Source: a virus. Taken from it: DNA of 64,000 bases. A model generated the notes under the pieces. That model worked only from the letters and a program-made list of their open reading frames with translations, had not been told where the DNA came from and did no database searches. The stretch covers positions 308 to 64,307 of IMG/VR virus record IMGVR_UViG_3300041583_000284, one strand, 5' to 3'. The position numbers and the translations under genes are program-made. This document shows, piece by piece, positions 59,936-64,000 of this stretch (positions are counted from its first letter, which is position 1; every line of letters starts with the position of its first letter).

Positions 59936-59967
59936 AAAAAAAACCCCGTAACCTTGCGGCTACGGGG
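59936..59967 (-). terminator. rho-independent terminator of gene 59978-60805
   Basis: Minus-strand reading: CCCCGTA-GCCGCAAGGT-TACGGGG followed by T8. Confidence 0.8.
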
Positions 59968-59977
59968 TTGATCTAGA

Positions 59978-60805
59978 TTACTTGATATCGGCGGGGTTCT
60001 GTTTCGCCGTCTGGCCCTTCACAGGCGCGGGACTCTTGCTAGCCTTTACTTTTGTTGCAAGGGGCTTGGGCTTCCGGTCAATCTTGGCGCTTGCCTTGTC
60101 AGCGGCCAGAACCGCGTCATAGGCGGCAAGGCACAACCGCGCCAAGTTTTGTTTTTCCTTCACAGGTGACAAGGCAAGCAAGGCAAGCTCGCAAAGACGC
60201 AAGTAAGCGGGCGCATCGACGTGGGGCGGTATCTGTTCGCCCTTGCCATTAGTCGCGGCAAGTGCCGTTGCCATTGCTTTCATTGGCGCACCCATTGCGT
60301 CGATAGCGCGTTGATCAATTGGCGCTTTGCGATTTGGGGCTTTCGTTCCATCCGCCGCGATAGGCGCGGCATTGTCCGCTTTGGTTTGCGCGATTGCTTT
60401 GGCAATCCGGTCCGTGATGCGACCGAACACCTTTCCCTTTTGCATCTGCCAATAGAGCCGCGTATTGCTTGCCATGCCTTTCTTGGGCGCGCCGATCATA
60501 TCCTTTGCGCCCTTGCCATTGTTCACCTTATCGGTGAACACCTTACCCCAAGCCTCCACGACCGCCGCGTCCTTCAAGATGATATAGGCGTTCCTTTCCT
60601 CTACACTTGCATCCTTGTCGCGTGATGTAGCAGTAAGGCAACGGGCAGACCCGAACGTGGCCACGGCGGCATCGTGTACGGCCATTGCCGCTGCCATTGC
60701 AATCACGCTGGCCGTTGCTTCCCTATCCAAGGCACGAATGGCCAAGGGGATAGTGGACAAGATAAGGTCTAGATTCGGGCGGGGGCTATTTGTTTCGATT
60801 TTCAT
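59978..60805 (-). CDS. hypothetical protein (stand-alone leftward gene in the control region)
   Basis: 275 aa, Ala/Lys-rich. Has its own promoter candidate and twin terminators. No domain recognised. Confidence 0.6.
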   Translation of the reverse strand: MKIETNSPRPNLDLILSTIPLAIRALDREATASVIAMAAAMAVHDAAVATFGSARCLTATSRDKDASVEERNAYIILKDAAVVEAWGKVFTDKVNNGKGAKDMIGAPKKGMASNTRLYWQMQKGKVFGRITDRIAKAIAQTKADNAAPIAADGTKAPNRKAPIDQRAIDAMGAPMKAMATALAATNGKGEQIPPHVDAPAYLRLCELALLALSPVKEKQNLARLCLAAYDAVLAADKASAKIDRKPKPLATKVKASKSPAPVKGQTAKQNPADIK

Positions 60806-60861
60806 TGTGTAGTCTACTTTCTGTTAAGGTTATATGGCAGGCTTTCCCTGTCCACATCTTA

Positions 60862-60890
60862 CTTATAGGACAGAGTAGAACCAATAACAA
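60862..60890 (-). promoter_or_regulatory. sigma70-like promoter candidate for gene 59978-60805
   Basis: Minus-strand reading: TTGTTA (60890-60885), 17-nt spacer, TATAAG (60867-60862). Confidence 0.35.
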
Positions 60891-60894
60891 TAGA

Positions 60895-60913
60895 CTTAGA
60901 CCCAAGGACTAAG
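60895..60913. repeat. palindrome P21 (one mismatch)
   Basis: CTTAGAC CCAAG GACTAAG, 5 bp from the -35 of the promoter candidate at 60862-60890. Confidence 0.6.
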
Positions 60914-61149
60914 GGAACGGGGCTGTTTTGTGGGGCTGGACGGCGCGACCCCACCTAGGGGGCAGGCCCGGTATTGGAGGGTGGCGGCGGCGCGGCTATA
61001 TATTACTATTCCAGACGAACCATTCTGAGTTTCGCTGCGTTGCAGCATAAATACACCCCGTTGACCATAACGGCCAATAGTTACATTTTTTAACTTGTTT
61101 TCAAGGGCTTGGGGTGGTGACCTCTTCCCCGCGTTGCAGCATAAATACC

Positions 61150-61308
61150 ATGTTGATTGTCGGCGCACTTATCGGAGCGGGGTTGGGCTATCTTTTTGGC
61201 ATGGTCGTGATTGCCATTGATGATAATTCAGCGTGGGTAGGTGCATTCCCTGCGGGGTTCGTCCTCATAGGCACAGTGATCGGGGCTGCAGTGGGCGCTT
61301 CGGGCTGA
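61150..61308 (+). CDS. small glycine-zipper membrane protein
   Basis: MLIVGALIGAGLGYLFGMVVIAI...FPAGFVLIGTVIGAAVGASG, two hydrophobic segments. Start uncertain (the track offers 61114). Confidence 0.4.
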   Translation: MLIVGALIGAGLGYLFGMVVIAIDDNSAWVGAFPAGFVLIGTVIGAAVGASG

Positions 61309-61433
61309 GAGACCCCCACCCCCATTTATTTTTCCAGCCCTTACCCCGCCAACAAAACGCCCCCCACCCCTATTTATTTAGGGACTCCCCTTTTCTATCA
61401 AGGGGGGCTATATTGTGTCAGGAGGCGCTCCTG

Positions 61434-62003
61434 ATGACCATATACCTGTCGCCCGAGGTGAACATAGACATGCCAGACAACGATGAGTTTGATCGGTTCG
61501 TGCCGACATTGAAGGCTGCTGCGGCCACGGCCCGGCTACTCGCTGAGGCAGGACTTTCCTTCGCCCCCACAGATGCAGACTTGGACTATGCAGCGGGGAT
61601 CACGCGAACGGCGGCACAGGCACCGGGCGAGCTGATGACGAAAGCTGCGTCTCTCGGGCTGCTGAAACAGACCCCAGCCGCGCTCCTGCTCACAGAGTCT
61701 ATCCTTGAGGAGTTTGGACACAGGGTCGTGCAGGAAGCCGAGCAGGTGCGGAACCTCGTTACCAACAAGCTGGTGATCGAGACAGAGAACCCGGACCCCC
61801 GGGTTCGCATCCGTGCCTTGGAACTGTTGGGCAAGATCGGCGACGTGGGCTTGTTCAACGAGAAGCGCGAGGTCGTCGTCACCCACCAGACCGTGGACGA
61901 CGTGAAGGACCGCCTGCGCGCCAAGCTAGAGAAGCTGCTGCTTGTGCAGGACGCGGAGTTCATCGACGAGGAGCCCGAAGCAGAGGAGGACGATGATGAG
62001 TGA
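61434..62003 (+). CDS. terminase small subunit (putative)
   Basis: ATG at 61434 after a CAGGAGG RBS, inside track ORF 61233-62003. VRIRALELLGKIGDVGLF resembles the recalled ALELLGKHLGMF motif of Terminase_2-type small subunits. Two genes upstream of the large terminase subunit. Confidence 0.55.
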   Translation: MTIYLSPEVNIDMPDNDEFDRFVPTLKAAAATARLLAEAGLSFAPTDADLDYAAGITRTAAQAPGELMTKAASLGLLKQTPAALLLTESILEEFGHRVVQEAEQVRNLVTNKLVIETENPDPRVRIRALELLGKIGDVGLFNEKREVVVTHQTVDDVKDRLRAKLEKLLLVQDAEFIDEEPEAEEDDDE

Positions 62004-62409
62004 TGTGATCCCGTCCCCCTCGAAAGTTGTGCCTGATACCATATGGGTGTGCGGCTGTGGCTGCTGCAGCTTCGCACTGCTTGACGGAGGCCGTACCACG
62101 TGCAGTGCGTGCGGGGGTGACACTGCTGGCTCAGCCGCAGGAGGCTGGTTCGTGCCACCATCACCGGGCTTGGTATGGGGAGGGAATACCCCTGTAACAC
62201 ACGTCACGGGCAACGGGTCGCCTGAGTTCGCCCGGCGGCGGATGACGCGCTTCGCAAACGAGGAGGATGTGGCGGGAATCATCATCATCCGGGACTCAGG
62301 CCAGCTCCACACATGGACCGCTGTGGACACCAACGAGGGCGTGCAGTGGTTGCAGGAGCGGATAAAGGACGCTGCGGGACTAATCACGGAAGACGCCGTA
62401 GATGAGTGA
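61993..62409 (+). CDS. zinc-ribbon protein
   Basis: The ATG at 61993 overlaps the 3-prime end of the small-subunit gene. CGCGCCSF...CSACGG. 138 aa. Confidence 0.45.
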   Translation: MMSDVIPSPSKVVPDTIWVCGCGCCSFALLDGGRTTCSACGGDTAGSAAGGWFVPPSPGLVWGGNTPVTHVTGNGSPEFARRRMTRFANEEDVAGIIIIRDSGQLHTWTAVDTNEGVQWLQERIKDAAGLITEDAVDE

Positions 62410-63946
62410 TGTTGGGTTCACTGAGGCCGAGCTGCGGGCACTGCTGGCAAACATTGACCAGCTGACGAGCGACGAGGCGGCGGAGGTGGAGGACATGCTC
62501 TCGGACCTGCAGGAGCGCTCCGCGCGGCAGGGAGCCTATGACGACCTGATCGCGTTCTGTAAGTACATGCAGCCTGACTACAAGGTGGGCCGACACCACC
62601 GCATCCTCGCGGATCAGCTGATGGCGTTGGACAACGGGGCCAAGGATCGGGTGGCGGTCAACATGCCGCCGCGGCACGGCAAGAGCCAGCTTGTCTCTAT
62701 ATACTACCCCGCGTGGTATATTGGGCGTAACCCCGGCAAGAAGGTCATGATGGTGTCGCACACCTCCGATCTGGCTGTGGACTTCGGCCGCAAGGTGCGG
62801 AACCTGATGAACGACACACGGTATCAGGAGATATTTGCGGGGATCACCCTCGCTCAGGACTCCAAGTCCGCCGGGCGGTGGAGCACGAACCACGGATCTG
62901 AGTATTACGCCACGGGTGTGGGCTCCAGCCTTGCCGGGCGGGGCGCGGACATGCTCATCATCGACGATCCTCACTCCGAGCAAGACGTGCTGGCAGGTAA
63001 CTTTGAGGTGTTCGACAAGGCATATCAGTGGTTCACCTTCGGCGCGCGGACGCGCCTCATGCCCGGGGGCTGCGTGGCTCTCGTGCAGACACGCTGGCAC
63101 CTCGACGACCTTACGGGGCGTGTTGTGCGGGACATGACCCAGAACGAGGACGCCGACCAGTATGAGGTGGTCGAGTTTCCAGCCATCATGGAGATCGAGC
63201 AGCCCGATAAGACGTTCAAGGAGAAGGCCCTGTGGCCCGCGTTCTTCGATCTGCCAGCCTTGCACCGCACAAAGGCCTCAATGCCTACGTTCCAGTGGAA
63301 CGCCCAGTACCAGCAGGACCCGACGGCAGAAGGTTCAGCGCTCATCAAACGAGAGTGGTGGCGGATATGGACGGAAACAGAGCCCCCTGAGGTGGACTAC
63401 GTCATCATGACGCTCGACGCTGCTGCGGAGCAAAAAGAGCGGGCCGACTATACCGCGATTACCGCGTGGGGCGTGTTTTTCCATGAGGAAGAGCGCACAA
63501 ACAACCTTATATTGCTCGACGCTGTTCGTCGTCGGGTCGAATACCCCGAACTGAGGGCGCTGGCCACGGAGATGTACCACAAGTGGGAGCCAGATGCGTT
63601 CATCGTGGAGAAAAAGAGCTCCGGGGTGGCACTGTTTCAAGAACTGCGGCGCACAGGCATGATGCTGCAGGAGTTTACCCCCCACCGCGGGTCGGGTAAC
63701 AAGTATGCCCGGATGCAGGCCGTGGCAGACATTGTGCTGGCGGGCATCGTCTGGGTGCCGACGACCCGTTGGGCCGAGGAGCTGGTGGAGGAGATCGCGA
63801 GTTTCCCGGTTGGCAGCCACGACGATCTCGCGGACGCAACTGTTCTGGCCCTGACAAGGTTCCGACAGGGCGGGTTCATCCGCTTGCCCACAGACGAGGA
63901 AGAGAACGAGGCCGAATATGTCCCAAAACGTGCAGCCTACTATTGA
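62402..63946 (+). CDS. terL: terminase large subunit
   Basis: 514 aa. Walker A-like NMPPRHGKSQ, Walker B MLIIDDPH. The C-terminal nuclease region with D...D acidic residues (TLDAA, SHDDLADA) is typical of Terminase_6-type large subunits. Confidence 0.9.
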   Translation: MSDVGFTEAELRALLANIDQLTSDEAAEVEDMLSDLQERSARQGAYDDLIAFCKYMQPDYKVGRHHRILADQLMALDNGAKDRVAVNMPPRHGKSQLVSIYYPAWYIGRNPGKKVMMVSHTSDLAVDFGRKVRNLMNDTRYQEIFAGITLAQDSKSAGRWSTNHGSEYYATGVGSSLAGRGADMLIIDDPHSEQDVLAGNFEVFDKAYQWFTFGARTRLMPGGCVALVQTRWHLDDLTGRVVRDMTQNEDADQYEVVEFPAIMEIEQPDKTFKEKALWPAFFDLPALHRTKASMPTFQWNAQYQQDPTAEGSALIKREWWRIWTETEPPEVDYVIMTLDAAAEQKERADYTAITAWGVFFHEEERTNNLILLDAVRRRVEYPELRALATEMYHKWEPDAFIVEKKSSGVALFQELRRTGMMLQEFTPHRGSGNKYARMQAVADIVLAGIVWVPTTRWAEELVEEIASFPVGSHDDLADATVLALTRFRQGGFIRLPTDEEENEAEYVPKRAAYY

Positions 63947-63947
63947 G

Positions 63948-64000
63948 ATGCAGGAAGAATACACGAAGATGCGGAAACGGCGGCGGCAACTGCTCCAGAG
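63948..64000 (+). CDS. hypothetical protein (5-prime fragment, truncated by the window end)
   Basis: The ATG lies 2 nt after the terL stop. MQEEYTKMRKRRRQLLQ... Confidence 0.3.
   Translation, partial: MQEEYTKMRKRRRQLLQ

Noticed and set aside
59978-60805. The stand-alone leftward gene as a CI-like repressor implying a temperate lifestyle.
   Set aside because: No HTH or peptidase S24 motif was recognised, and no integrase, excisionase pair or attP was identified in the window. It is left as hypothetical.

Overview
The window looks like a nearly complete genome of a high-GC tailed dsDNA phage, podovirus-like in gene content. No rRNA, tRNA, CRISPR array, integrase or phage RNA polymerase was recognised. 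There are three parts. (1) A plus-strand late arm (1-31.6 kb, resuming at about 61.1 kb) carries terminase small and large subunits, portal, GroES-like protein, scaffold-like protein, major capsid, small basic proteins, a collar-domain tail fibre, an embedded lysis cassette (GH108 endolysin, holin-like protein, overlapping spanins), putative internal virion proteins and a 2130-aa HExxH giant protein. (2) A minus-strand early/replication arm (31.7-57.7 kb) carries primase-helicase, SSB-like protein, SNF2 helicase, Cas4-like nuclease, a family-A DNA polymerase, Dam methylase, DEDDh exonuclease, VRR-NUC nuclease and an AAA/vWA/DUF3150-like module. (3) A lower-GC control region (57.7-61.1 kb) has iteron-like repeats. 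Four things stand out. First, nine paralogous micro-ORFs encode a conserved MIWxFLRPLVW leader followed by variable Gly-X repeat cores, and each is translationally coupled to the preceding gene. Second, a conserved palindrome, CTTAGTC-N5-GACTAAG, occurs at least 21 times at gene junctions, often containing the upstream stop codon and followed by a conserved RBS spacer. Third, the DNA polymerase is broken in its TGRxS/NLQN motif by split-intein-like halves with a free-standing HNH gene between them. Fourth, a homing-endonuclease-like cassette is flanked by duplicated copies of the capsid terminator. All family names come from remembered motifs and synteny; no database search was possible.
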